Below, in pieces: positions 1 to 9,530 of a stretch of DNA of 64,000 bases. The notes beneath the pieces are model-generated. The model did no database searches. It worked only from the letters and a program-made list of their open reading frames with translations, and had not been told where the DNA came from. This DNA comes from Spirochaetia bacterium (GTDB lineage Bacteria > Spirochaetota > Spirochaetia > SZUA-6 > Bin103). Each line of letters starts with the position of its first letter. The first letter of the stretch is position 1. Where the stretch lies: positions 1,504,001-1,568,000 of the forward strand of contig CBDBOV010000006.1 in assembly GCA_965208575.1 (NCBI GenBank), in the 5' to 3' direction. The position numbers and the translations under genes were made by a program.

Positions 1-314
1 GCTTGAAGGCGCTCGAAAGCGTGATGAAAGCAGTTTGCGATATGAATGGATGGCGCTACCCCAGCGGCGCTTCTGCAAAGATACTCATCGACGTATGTTT
101 CAAGAACGGATTGATATCGCCGTTTTGGCAGAGCCACTATTCGTCGCTCCGAGGCCTCCTTGAGAGTAGTGTACCGACGATGAGAAACAAGCTGAGCGGT
201 CATGGTCAAGGGGTGAAACCGGTGGCGGTGCCGACCCACATTGCTGCTTATGCACTGCATATGACGGCATCGACCATCGTGTTTCTGGCTGAGGCGGAGT
301 CACAGTTACAGTGA
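1..314 (+). CDS. Abortive-infection C-terminal (Abi_C; STM4504/CBY_0614-like) protein, 5' truncated by the window edge
   Basis: KALESVMK...RNKLSGHGQG...AAYALH aligns motif-for-motif with the C-terminus of 19953-20906 (NAFESTLK...RNTEGAHGQG...ASYALH). Confidence 0.75.
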   Translation, partial: LKALESVMKAVCDMNGWRYPSGASAKILIDVCFKNGLISPFWQSHYSSLRGLLESSVPTMRNKLSGHGQGVKPVAVPTHIAAYALHMTASTIVFLAEAESQLQ

Positions 315-378
315 TTCATCTAAGCCGCCCGTGTGTCGGTGGAGGCTCGGCAGCGCTGTTGTTTGGACGAACGTGGGC

Positions 379-3300
379 ATGTCTGCAAGCCGTCTGATCG
401 AGGCTGGGTTTCCGGTACGGCAGGTGTCGCTGGATTCGGTGCACGAGAAGAACGTGCGGCATGGTCACCTGTCGACGCTGCACATCTGGCCGGCGCGGCG
501 TCCGTTGGCGGCGAGCCGAGCGGCGTTGCTGGCCACGCTGTTGCCCGATCCGGATAGGCGGGAGGCGCGTCTTGCCTTGCTGGAACGGATGGCGGGGCAC
601 GTGGTGAGCGTGCCGAGCGCTGCCGGTGATCGGATGCGGGAAGAGACGCGCGGCGGCATCTTGCACTGGGGTCGCGACGACGAGGGTGAGCTTACGCGGT
701 TACGTAGCGAGGTCAGGCAGGCGTTCGGTGGACGGACGCCGCGGGTGCTCGATCCGTTTGCCGGCGGCGGCGCGATCCCGCTGGAGGCGATGCGACTCGG
801 CTGCGAGGCGGTGGCGGCAGACCTCAACCCGGTGGCGTGGTTCATCCTCCGTTGCACCCTGCACTATCCGCGGTTGCTGGCTGGCGATACGCGGCCGCTG
901 CCGGCGTTCGCCCTGGAGGAGCGGGAGTTCCTCGAAGCATTTCTGAAGGCACAGGGTGTGACGAGTGCCGTCACGCTCCGCGAGGAGTTGGCCCGGCATG
1001 GACACGGTGACGGCGAGGCGGTGCAGGTGGCGCCGCTCCCCCTGGAGGTGGCGCCGGTCGAGCGCGCGGACTTCGCGTGGCATCTGCGGGCGTGGGGGCG
1101 ACGGGTGCTGGCCGCGGCGAGGGCCGGACTGGCGGCGCGCTACCCGACGTACGCAGAGTTCGAGCCGGTGCGCCGCAAGGGTCGGGGCCGCACCGCACCG
1201 CGGATCGTGGTGCGCTTCCGGCCGCGGCCGCCGACGCTGCTCCAACCCGACACGGAGGGTCGGGTATCGGTGGCGGCACTCAACGCGGAGTTCGATTCGC
1301 TCTATCTGGAAGAGGAGGCGAACCCGCGCTGGGTAGCAAAGCCGGCAGTGGCGTACCTGTGGGCACGGACGGTCCGGTGCGGAGACTGCCGGGTGGAGAT
1401 TCCACTGCTCAAGACGTGCTGGCTGTGCAGGAAAAAGAAAAAACGAGTGCTGCTTACGCTGGTACCCCGGGAGGACGGAGGGGGCGTCGACCTCGGTATC
1501 GAGCAGGACGTCCCCGAAGGCGCAGGAAGCGCGGCGCAGAAGCGCGAGCACGACCGCAAGCTCGGTGCGGGTACCATGAGTGCGAGCGGTGCCACCTGTG
1601 CGTGCTGCGGCGCGATTGCAACGACAAGGGACATTCGCACGGAGGGCCGCGCCGGACGACTCGGCGTGCGCATGACCGCCGTTATCGTCGAGGGGCAGCA
1701 GGGCAAGGAGTACCGCCTGCCGACCGAGGTAGAGATACAAGCCGCACAGGTGACAGACGACGAACTCGGGAGGCTGTATGAGGAGATTCCGTTCGGACTC
1801 CCGGAGGAGCCGATCAGTCCAGATCGGCCATCGCCCAACTCGCGCGGCGCATCAGGTCTGCCGCGCTACGGATTCGACACCTGGAGGCAGGTGTTCACGA
1901 ATCGACAGTTGCTGACCCTTGGTACGTTGATTCGAGAGATTCGGGGCAGCCTCGACCACATGGACGCATACCCGGAGGTGTGGCGTGAAGCGCTGACGGC
2001 GTATCTCGCGCCGACGATCAGCCGGCTGGCCGATCGCGGCAGCGCTCTGGCGACTTGGACTAACGGCCCGGAGCAAGTCAGGAACGCCTTTGCCCGCTTT
2101 GCGCTGCCTATGGTATGGGACTTCGCCGAGTCTTGTCCCTTGGCAGACACCACCGGGGGCTTCATTCAAGCCGTGGAGTGGATCGCCCGCGTCTTCGAGC
2201 ATACGGCAGCGGCCACCGCCGGCGCTCCCAGCGCGTGCGTCGGACAGGCGTCGGCCACTGCGCCCCGCTCCGGCCAATTCGACGTGATCTGCACCGATCC
2301 GCCCTACTACGACGCCATTCCCTATTCCGATCTGATGGACTTCTTCCACGTCTGGTTACGGCGCACGCTGCACGGGTTGGCACCCGAGACCGACGCAGCG
2401 TTCTCGGAACCACTCGGCCCGAAGTGGGATGCTGACAGGAACGACGGCGAGTTGGTCGATCAGCCGAGCCGGTTCGACGCCAACGGCGCAAAGTCCAGAA
2501 GGGTCTATGAAGACGGCATGCTGCGTGCGTTTCGCAATTGCGGCAGCGCGTTGCGGGATGACGGCCGAATGGTGGTGGTGTTCGCCAACAAGCAGCCCGA
2601 GGCGTGGGAGACTCTGGTGTCGGCGCTGATTCAGGCTGGGTTCGTAGTCGCTGCCTCGTGGCCGATTCAGACCGAGCGGGCAAGTAGGGTGGCCGGCGGC
2701 GCGAGACTCTCCGCCTCCATCTGGCTGGTTTGCCGGAAGCGTCCAGTGGCGGCGCGGCACGGCTGGGACGGGAAGGTACTGGCCGAGATGCGGGAGAACG
2801 TGAGCGAGCGACTCCGCGACTTCTGGGACGCCGGGATCCGTGGGCCCGACTTCGTTTGGGCCGCGACCGGTCCGGCATTGGAAGCGTTCAGCCGCCATCC
2901 GGTGGTTCGCAAAGCGGACCACGAGGGCGGGCGCCTGACCGTCGCCGAGTTTCTGCGCCACGTGCGGCGCATGGTCGTTGGCTTCGTAGTGAGTCGCCTG
3001 CTACAGCGCGCCGGCGCAACGACCGGCGAGCTGGACGACCCGACGACCTACTACCTGCTGCACCGTAACGACTTTGGCCTTGGCGGGGCACCCGCGGGGG
3101 CTTGCATCCTCTACGCGCTGTCGTGCAACCTGTCAGACGCCGACCTCGCCGGCCGCCTCGATCTGCTGGTGCGCGGGAGGCGCGCACCAAGCGCGGAGGA
3201 TGACGATGCCGAGGAAGACGGCTCAACGTCGGGCGGCGAAGTGCGGCTCAAGCCGTGGCACCAGCGGCGTACGCGCGCCCTTGGAGAACCTGACGCGGAC

Positions 3301-3564
3301 GGAGCTGCGGCACCGCTCATCGATCGTGTTCACAAACTGATGCAGCTCTGGAAGACCGGCAAGCGGAGCCGCGTGGACAGCTACATCGAGGGACAGGGGC
3401 TCTGGCACCATGAACTGTTCGCGCGTGTCGTGCAGGCACTGATCGAACTGGCCGACGGCGGCTCGGACGAGCGCGCCACCATCGAGTCGATTCAGAATCA
3501 CGTGCGTACCCACGGCGGCACCCGGACGCCGCGACAGATGAACTTGGCAATGGATGGGGAGTGA
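379..3564 (+). CDS. DUF1156-domain adenine-specific DNA methyltransferase with Zn-ribbon insert
   Basis: N-terminal LIEAGFP...LHIWPARRPLAASRA (DUF1156 signature), SAM motif DPFAGGG, catalytic TDPPYY, CxxC pairs CGDC and CACC. ATG at 379 preferred over the ORF-track start at 331. Confidence 0.9.
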   Translation: MSASRLIEAGFPVRQVSLDSVHEKNVRHGHLSTLHIWPARRPLAASRAALLATLLPDPDRREARLALLERMAGHVVSVPSAAGDRMREETRGGILHWGRDDEGELTRLRSEVRQAFGGRTPRVLDPFAGGGAIPLEAMRLGCEAVAADLNPVAWFILRCTLHYPRLLAGDTRPLPAFALEEREFLEAFLKAQGVTSAVTLREELARHGHGDGEAVQVAPLPLEVAPVERADFAWHLRAWGRRVLAAARAGLAARYPTYAEFEPVRRKGRGRTAPRIVVRFRPRPPTLLQPDTEGRVSVAALNAEFDSLYLEEEANPRWVAKPAVAYLWARTVRCGDCRVEIPLLKTCWLCRKKKKRVLLTLVPREDGGGVDLGIEQDVPEGAGSAAQKREHDRKLGAGTMSASGATCACCGAIATTRDIRTEGRAGRLGVRMTAVIVEGQQGKEYRLPTEVEIQAAQVTDDELGRLYEEIPFGLPEEPISPDRPSPNSRGASGLPRYGFDTWRQVFTNRQLLTLGTLIREIRGSLDHMDAYPEVWREALTAYLAPTISRLADRGSALATWTNGPEQVRNAFARFALPMVWDFAESCPLADTTGGFIQAVEWIARVFEHTAAATAGAPSACVGQASATAPRSGQFDVICTDPPYYDAIPYSDLMDFFHVWLRRTLHGLAPETDAAFSEPLGPKWDADRNDGELVDQPSRFDANGAKSRRVYEDGMLRAFRNCGSALRDDGRMVVVFANKQPEAWETLVSALIQAGFVVAASWPIQTERASRVAGGARLSASIWLVCRKRPVAARHGWDGKVLAEMRENVSERLRDFWDAGIRGPDFVWAATGPALEAFSRHPVVRKADHEGGRLTVAEFLRHVRRMVVGFVVSRLLQRAGATTGELDDPTTYYLLHRNDFGLGGAPAGACILYALSCNLSDADLAGRLDLLVRGRRAPSAEDDDAEEDGSTSGGEVRLKPWHQRRTRALGEPDADGAAAPLIDRVHKLMQLWKTGKRSRVDSYIEGQGLWHHELFARVVQALIELADGGSDERATIESIQNHVRTHGGTRTPRQMNLAMDGE

Positions 3565-3633
3565 CGATCCGAGGGATGAGTGTTTCGCTACGGGACATCC
3601 TGATCGCGTTTACGTGATAAGGTAGGGACCGCC

Positions 3634-4893
3634 ATGATTCGTCGTATCCAGTCTGTCGGCTATCGCTGTTTGCGCTACGCGGACGTGTGCCTGGACCGCT
3701 TTCACGTACTGGTCGGTCCTAACGCGAGTGGCAAGAGTACCCTGTTCGATGTCGTCGCGTTCCTGGCCGACCTCGTCGGGGATGGACTCGATGCCGCCAT
3801 AGAACGCCGCACGCGCAACTTTCGGGACTTGCTATGGGGCAGGCCCAATCAAGAGTGGGGGTTCGAATTGGCGGTGGAGTTCGATTTGCCGCAGGAAGTG
3901 AGGGAGAGCCTTCCTCCTTCTTATGGCTTTCGGGTATTTCGTTACGAGGTCGCGATCAGTGAAGGCGAGCAGGGAGTGTTCATCGATTTGGAACGCGGCA
4001 TTCTAATGCCTGACCGAGAGTTGCAAGCTCACGCGAGGTCTTCGTTTCCAGATCCGCCCACAGATCGTGATACCATTTTGACCGGACGACCCCGTGGAAT
4101 TCGCACGGTACTGAGCAAGCACAGGGATAGGGACCGCTTCAACATCGAAGTAGCGGAGCGATCGGGAACGGCGTGGGCTACGAGCGTGTCATTTGGCGAT
4201 CGTCGTTCTACGTTGGGCAACCTGCCGGAGTCATCGCAACAGTTCCCAGCCGCTACCCACGTGAAACAGATTCTAGATGGACGGATCAAGTCGCTGTTTC
4301 TGGACAGCGCCAAGATGCGGCAGGCAAGTCCCCCGGAGTTGCGTCGTGCCGGCTTCTCGCATGACGGCTCCAATCTCCCCTGGGTGATTGCGCGGCTCCA
4401 GAACGATCACAGGAGTGATTACGGCGAGTGGCTGACACACCTGCAGACGATCCTAACCGACTTGGATGACATTAGAGTCGTCGTACGCCCAGATGACCGA
4501 CATGCATATCTCATGCTCTTGTACAAGACCGGTGTACAGGTGCCGTCATGGATGACGTCGGATGGGACTTTGCGGTTCCTGGCGCTTACTCTCCTTGCCT
4601 ATCTCCCGAGAAGGGATGAAGTGTACCTGTTGGAGGAACCGGAGAACGGAGTACATCCGCTGGCACTCGATGCGGTCTACGACTCGCTTGCTTCAGTACA
4701 CGCTTCGCAAGTACTGGTGGCGACCCACTCCCCCACATTCCTGAGACTGGCTGACCCGGAAGAGGTGCTTTGTTTTGCCAAGGACGACGAAGGCGCGACG
4801 GATATCATTCGAGGGGCCGACCATCCTCATCTGAGGAAGTGGCACGGCGCCGCCGACATGAATCTGCTGTTCGCGACCGGAGTAATCGGATGA
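3634..4893 (+). CDS. ABC/AAA_21-type ATPase, MADS MAD3-like
   Basis: Walker A GPNASGKS, signature SDGT, Walker B LLEEPENGVHP, H-loop ATHS. ATGA overlap with the next gene. Confidence 0.85.
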   Translation: MIRRIQSVGYRCLRYADVCLDRFHVLVGPNASGKSTLFDVVAFLADLVGDGLDAAIERRTRNFRDLLWGRPNQEWGFELAVEFDLPQEVRESLPPSYGFRVFRYEVAISEGEQGVFIDLERGILMPDRELQAHARSSFPDPPTDRDTILTGRPRGIRTVLSKHRDRDRFNIEVAERSGTAWATSVSFGDRRSTLGNLPESSQQFPAATHVKQILDGRIKSLFLDSAKMRQASPPELRRAGFSHDGSNLPWVIARLQNDHRSDYGEWLTHLQTILTDLDDIRVVVRPDDRHAYLMLLYKTGVQVPSWMTSDGTLRFLALTLLAYLPRRDEVYLLEEPENGVHPLALDAVYDSLASVHASQVLVATHSPTFLRLADPEEVLCFAKDDEGATDIIRGADHPHLRKWHGAADMNLLFATGVIG

Positions 4894-5537
4894 GCGACAA
4901 GCCCCGCCCCATGGATCTCATGGTGCTGGTTGCGGATCTCGATATCGAACAAGCCGTGAGAGGCCTTCTTTCGCGGCCACACCACATCAAGGTCAAGACC
5001 CTGACCTTCGAAGTGAGACGGCACCCGAACCGGGACGCCGGATGCAGAACCCAAGCTGCTGCCTATCTGCGGCCGTTCTTCGCGCGCTATCGGCGCGCCC
5101 TGGTCGTATTCGATCTTCATGGATCGGGAAGCAAGTCATCACGAGAGGACACGCAACATGCCGTTGAACATCAACTCAGAACGAACGGGTGGGGGGAACG
5201 TTCGAAGGCAATCGTAATTGAACCGGAACTGGAAGCGTGGGTCTGGACTCGCTCGCCCTACGTGTCTCGTGCGATGGGGTGGGAATCGCGCTACGACCAG
5301 CTTCGCGCGTGGTTAGAGGCCGAGGGACTCTGGCCGTCCGATCTCCCGAAACCACCCGATCCGAAACGGGCGATGCAACGAGCGATGGCTCAGGCGGGGT
5401 TGCGAAAGCGCGTGAGGCGTTCAGCAGCCAAGTTCCATGACCTCGGGCGCGGATTGGATACGGAGCGCTGCAAAGACCCTGCGTTCGGCGAGATGCGAGC
5501 GACTCTTCAAGCTTGGTTCCCGGCGGCGCAGCGATGA
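4890..5537 (+). CDS. MADS MAD4-like protein (DUF4276/TOPRIM-like ATPase partner)
   Basis: DLMVLVADLDIEQAVRGLLSR...HPNRDAGC...LVVFD...IEPELEAWVW pattern as recalled for MAD4. Translationally coupled on both sides by ATGA overlaps at 4890 and 5534. Confidence 0.65.
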   Translation: MSDKPRPMDLMVLVADLDIEQAVRGLLSRPHHIKVKTLTFEVRRHPNRDAGCRTQAAAYLRPFFARYRRALVVFDLHGSGSKSSREDTQHAVEHQLRTNGWGERSKAIVIEPELEAWVWTRSPYVSRAMGWESRYDQLRAWLEAEGLWPSDLPKPPDPKRAMQRAMAQAGLRKRVRRSAAKFHDLGRGLDTERCKDPAFGEMRATLQAWFPAAQR

Positions 5538-8500
5538 AGAAGCGATTCAAGCCCTGGCACCAGGTGGTGCGTCTGAAGGAGGAGTTGCGCAGCGGGGAGC
5601 TCGCGCTCGCCGAGTTTGCCGCTGACCTGCACGAGGTCACTCAGGCGCAGGGCCGGCGTCCGATCTACGAAGACCCGAGTCAGTTCTTCGCGCTCACCTA
5701 TCCGACCCACGCGCTGCGCGAGTTGGTGAAGGATGTGGCCGGACGGCTGGCCGGGGACAGCGACAAGGCGGTACGACAGCTAGAGCTGACCTACGGGGGC
5801 GGCAAGACCCATACGCTGATCACGCTCTATCACCTGTTTCGCGATCCGGCGGCCCTGCCCGACCTGCCAGCGGTGCGGGATTTCCGGGAGCACGTGGCCG
5901 CCGAATTGCCGCGAGCGTTGCCGGTGGCGCTCTGTTTCGACAAGATCGACGTTGAGCGGGGTCTTGACGGCGTACGAGCGCCCGACGGCGAGACCCGTAC
6001 GCTGCGCCATCCGTGGAGCGTGCTGGCGTTCCAGCTCGCAGGTGCCGCCGGACTGCGCGCAATTCACTCCTCCGGCCGCGACGAGGAACGCGAGACGCCG
6101 CCGGCCGAGCCGCTCCTGGTGGAGTTGATCGAACAACCGCAACGAGACGGCCATGCGACCTTGATCCTGGTGGACGAGGTGCTCATGTACGCCCGCGAGA
6201 AGGCGGGGCTCGATCTGGTGTGGCAGGACCGGATCACCGATTTCTTTCAGTACCTGACCCAGGCCGTGACCAAAGTGGACCGGGCGGCGATCGTCGCATC
6301 GCTCCTGGCCACCGACCCCAACAAGCAGCGGGGAAAGCTGGGCCAGTTGTTGATCACCGGGCTGTTCGACGTATTCCGCCGACAGCGAGAGGAAGGGGTC
6401 CAGCCGGTCCGCAAAGAGGACGTCACGGAAGTGTTGTGTCGTCGTTTCTTCGAACCGGATGGGATCCGCGATCGTAGTGCATTCCGTTCTCATGTCATCG
6501 GCGCGGTGCGGGGACTGGCCAAACTGGACGACGCAATCGCACGGGAGGGGGCGGCCGCTGAGCAGCGGTTCTGTGACAGCTTCCCGTTTCACCCCGAGCT
6601 CACTGACGTGTTCTACAGTCGGTGGACCCAGCTCGCGGGGTTCCAGCGTACACGTGGTATTCTGAGGACGCTCGCAACGGCACTGCGCGAGGCCGAGAAG
6701 TGGGACGTGAGCCCACTAATCGGTCCGGCGGCTTTGCTGGCCGCACCCGGGGCACCGCAGGTCTCTGAAGCGGTGCGCGAACTTGCAGGCGTCGCGAGCG
6801 CGGAGGGCGCCGGCGCCGAAAGCAGCCGCACTGACTGGGCGCCGTTGCTGGAGGCCGAACTCGCCCGTGCGCGGCGGATCCAGGACGAGCTGCCGTCGCT
6901 ACGCGACGGACGCGAGGCCGAACAGGCGGTGATCGCCGTGTTTCTGCACTCGCAGCCAATCGGTCACAAGGCGTATACGCCGGAACTCGTGCGGCTCACG
7001 GGAAGTTGCGCGCCGGACGCTATCGAGCTCGAAAAAGGACTGCGTCGCTGGCGGGAAATCTCGTGGTTCCTGGACGACGCCGACGCCGGGGTCGACGACG
7101 ACACGTTGGCGCGGTCGTTGCCGCCCTCGTGGCGGTTGGGCAACCGTCCCAATCTGCGCCAGATGCACGACGAAGCGTGCGCTCAGCGGGTCAGCGCTGA
7201 CGCGGTCGAAGCGCGTCTGGAAGAGGCGGTGCGCAGGACGAAGTCCCTGGTCGAAGGCGCCTCGGCCGTAGGGGTGAACGTACACCTGTTGCCCGCGGCA
7301 CCACGCGACGTGCGCGATGACGGCAGTTTCCGGTACGCGGTCCTCGGACCCGACGCGGTGTCGGAATCGGGGAAGCCGAGCCCGGTAACGAAACGTTTTC
7401 TCGACGAGACTACCGGACCCGATCGGCCGCGCGTGCACCGCAACGCCGTGGTGCTGGCGGTCGCCTCACGCGACGGGCTGGAAGCGGGGCGCGCGGCCGT
7501 GCGGGCGCTGCTTGGCTGGGAGGAGGTGCACGCCCAACTGGCAGGCCACGAAGTGGATGCCGTGCAGGCCGAGCGCCTCCGGCGCCGGCTCCAGGAGGCG
7601 CGCGGCCGCGTTCCGGAGACGGTGCGCCAAGCTTACGCAGTGGTGGTGACAGTGAACGAGCGCAACGCCGTTCACGCCTTCAAGTTGGCCGCGAGCAGCA
7701 GGCCGCTCTTCACCGAGATCAAGAACGACGACCGTTCGCGCATCAAGGAGACGCCGGTGGACGCGGCGGCGCTGCTGCCCGACGGTCCCTACGAGTTGTG
7801 GCGCGAGGGCGAAGATGCCCGGTTGGTAAAGGATCTGGCCGGGGCGTTCGCCCGTCACCCGCGGCTGCCGAAGGTGCTGACGCCGAAGGTGCTGCTCGGT
7901 ACGGTGCTGCAGGGCGTGCGGCGCGGTCTGCTCGTCGCGCGGCTCGCTCGCCCCGATGGCAGTGTCCGCACTTGGTGGCGCGAGCCGGTCGATGCGGCGG
8001 TGCGCGACGACCCGCAACTTGAGGTGGCTTTGCCCGAAACGGCGGAGTTGAGCACCTTGTCGGACACCCTGCTGGAACCCGGCGTGCTCCCGGATCTGTG
8101 GGGAGGAGCGGAAGACGCACCGACGGTGACGCTACGTGAAGTGATGGAGTACTTCGGTGGCGGACGTGTGGTCCACATTCCGAGAGAAGGGTACGACGAG
8201 CCGTACACGATTCCGGGCTGCTCCGATAAGCAGGTGCGTGACGCCGTGGCGCGGGCGGTGGTGCAGGGTACCGTGTGGCTGACCAACGGTCCCGCCTCCG
8301 TGTGGAAGGAGCCGCTCCCCTACGGTGTCCTCGATGCGAACGCCGTGCTGCATCCTGCGCCGGAGCCAATAGCGCCGCAGGAGCTCGTGGAAGCAGCGCT
8401 GCCCGGTGCGTGGAAGGAAGGCAAGACAAACGGCATCGCTCTGGCGCAGGCGCTGTCGCGGACTCGGGGTATCGCACTGCCCTGGGGCCTCGTCCGCGAC

Positions 8501-8905
8501 GCCATCGCCGCATCGGCGGCAAGCCGTTGGCTTCGGCTGGCAACCGGCAGCAGCAGGGTGAACTGCTCCTTCGAAGAGGCCGGAGGCTTGGTTATGGAAC
8601 GTCCCGCAGACGATTCGCAGCGGTACACCGCAACCGGTACTCCCTCACCGCGCCCTTGGGCGCGCAACGCAATAACACCCTCCAACCGCGGCGCAGTGCT
8701 TGACGGCGTGCAAATCCAGGACCTCGCCGACCAGATTCCGCAACTGCTGGCGGCGAGCGCTGGCGCCGACTTGAGCTTTCGCGTCCAGGTCGAACTCGCC
8801 GGTGAATTATCGCGCGAAGACCGCGCCACCGTGGACGCACTGCTGGCCGAGGTGTCCGAAGATCTCAAATCGGCGTTTGCACCACCCGACGGAGATAGTT
8901 GCTAA
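5534..8905 (+). CDS. DUF499-domain AAA+ ATPase
   Basis: KPWHQVVRL...EFAADL, YEDPSQFFALTYPT, Walker A YGGGKTH, Walker B LILVDE, FPFHPEL, FQRTRGILR. Confidence 0.9.
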   Translation: MKKRFKPWHQVVRLKEELRSGELALAEFAADLHEVTQAQGRRPIYEDPSQFFALTYPTHALRELVKDVAGRLAGDSDKAVRQLELTYGGGKTHTLITLYHLFRDPAALPDLPAVRDFREHVAAELPRALPVALCFDKIDVERGLDGVRAPDGETRTLRHPWSVLAFQLAGAAGLRAIHSSGRDEERETPPAEPLLVELIEQPQRDGHATLILVDEVLMYAREKAGLDLVWQDRITDFFQYLTQAVTKVDRAAIVASLLATDPNKQRGKLGQLLITGLFDVFRRQREEGVQPVRKEDVTEVLCRRFFEPDGIRDRSAFRSHVIGAVRGLAKLDDAIAREGAAAEQRFCDSFPFHPELTDVFYSRWTQLAGFQRTRGILRTLATALREAEKWDVSPLIGPAALLAAPGAPQVSEAVRELAGVASAEGAGAESSRTDWAPLLEAELARARRIQDELPSLRDGREAEQAVIAVFLHSQPIGHKAYTPELVRLTGSCAPDAIELEKGLRRWREISWFLDDADAGVDDDTLARSLPPSWRLGNRPNLRQMHDEACAQRVSADAVEARLEEAVRRTKSLVEGASAVGVNVHLLPAAPRDVRDDGSFRYAVLGPDAVSESGKPSPVTKRFLDETTGPDRPRVHRNAVVLAVASRDGLEAGRAAVRALLGWEEVHAQLAGHEVDAVQAERLRRRLQEARGRVPETVRQAYAVVVTVNERNAVHAFKLAASSRPLFTEIKNDDRSRIKETPVDAAALLPDGPYELWREGEDARLVKDLAGAFARHPRLPKVLTPKVLLGTVLQGVRRGLLVARLARPDGSVRTWWREPVDAAVRDDPQLEVALPETAELSTLSDTLLEPGVLPDLWGGAEDAPTVTLREVMEYFGGGRVVHIPREGYDEPYTIPGCSDKQVRDAVARAVVQGTVWLTNGPASVWKEPLPYGVLDANAVLHPAPEPIAPQELVEAALPGAWKEGKTNGIALAQALSRTRGIALPWGLVRDAIAASAASRWLRLATGSSRVNCSFEEAGGLVMERPADDSQRYTATGTPSPRPWARNAITPSNRGAVLDGVQIQDLADQIPQLLAASAGADLSFRVQVELAGELSREDRATVDALLAEVSEDLKSAFAPPDGDSC

Positions 8906-9168
8906 CCGGGTGGCTCCTGTTTCGTACGTGTTTCGAGGGGGCAACGGCAGATGCCCAAAGCCTTTCCGGGTTGTCCGGGCAATTCGCGCGCCACCGCTCG
9001 TCGCAACAAGCATACGGTGTCAGCAGCGGTCCGTGGAGAAATTCGTACGTGCGTAGTGCCGGACGATTCAGGCACCGGTGCACGTGTACGCAGGCTCGTC
9101 CGCGGAATGGGACTGCTCACAGACGCGGTCCACGCTTCGTACCGGTCCCATAGACAGCACCAGAGTCG

Positions 9169-9471
9169 TCAAACGCTACGGCGATACAATCTTTCCTTCT
9201 GGCGCTCCAGCTTCTGCATCTTCCGGCGCAAGCTGTCCAATCTGTCGATCTGTTCACGTACGCAGTCAGGTTCCGGGAGACCTCTGGTGCGCGGTTTCGC
9301 AAGAGTCTGGTCATGTCGCACGTCGGAAAACTCCGAAAGGGACTCGCCAAGCTGTTGGAGGGTTCTCGCCACCCGTCGCAGCTCGCGGCTGACGTCGTCA
9401 ATCTCCAACCTCACTTCCTCAATCCGGTAGAGAACGTCCATCTTTTTCCGTCTATTGTCGTCCTTGTTCAT
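9169..9471 (-). CDS. Small coiled-coil hypothetical protein
   Basis: Strong RBS GAGGAGG shortly upstream of the ATG. Heptad-like helical sequence. Lies downstream of, and co-directional with, the KAP gene. Confidence 0.6.
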   Translation of the reverse strand: MNKDDNRRKKMDVLYRIEEVRLEIDDVSRELRRVARTLQQLGESLSEFSDVRHDQTLAKPRTRGLPEPDCVREQIDRLDSLRRKMQKLERQKERLYRRSV

Positions 9472-9530
9472 ACTCAGTCCTCCTCGTGACGAGCTGCGTC
9501 GCTGGCCGCGAGAAACGCGTAACAGGATGC

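Noticed and set aside
3561-3617. Mini-ORF VTIRGMSVSLRDILIAFT coupled to the DUF1156 stop, faintly like an ATPase N-terminus
   Set aside because: The similarity is too weak to distinguish from chance.
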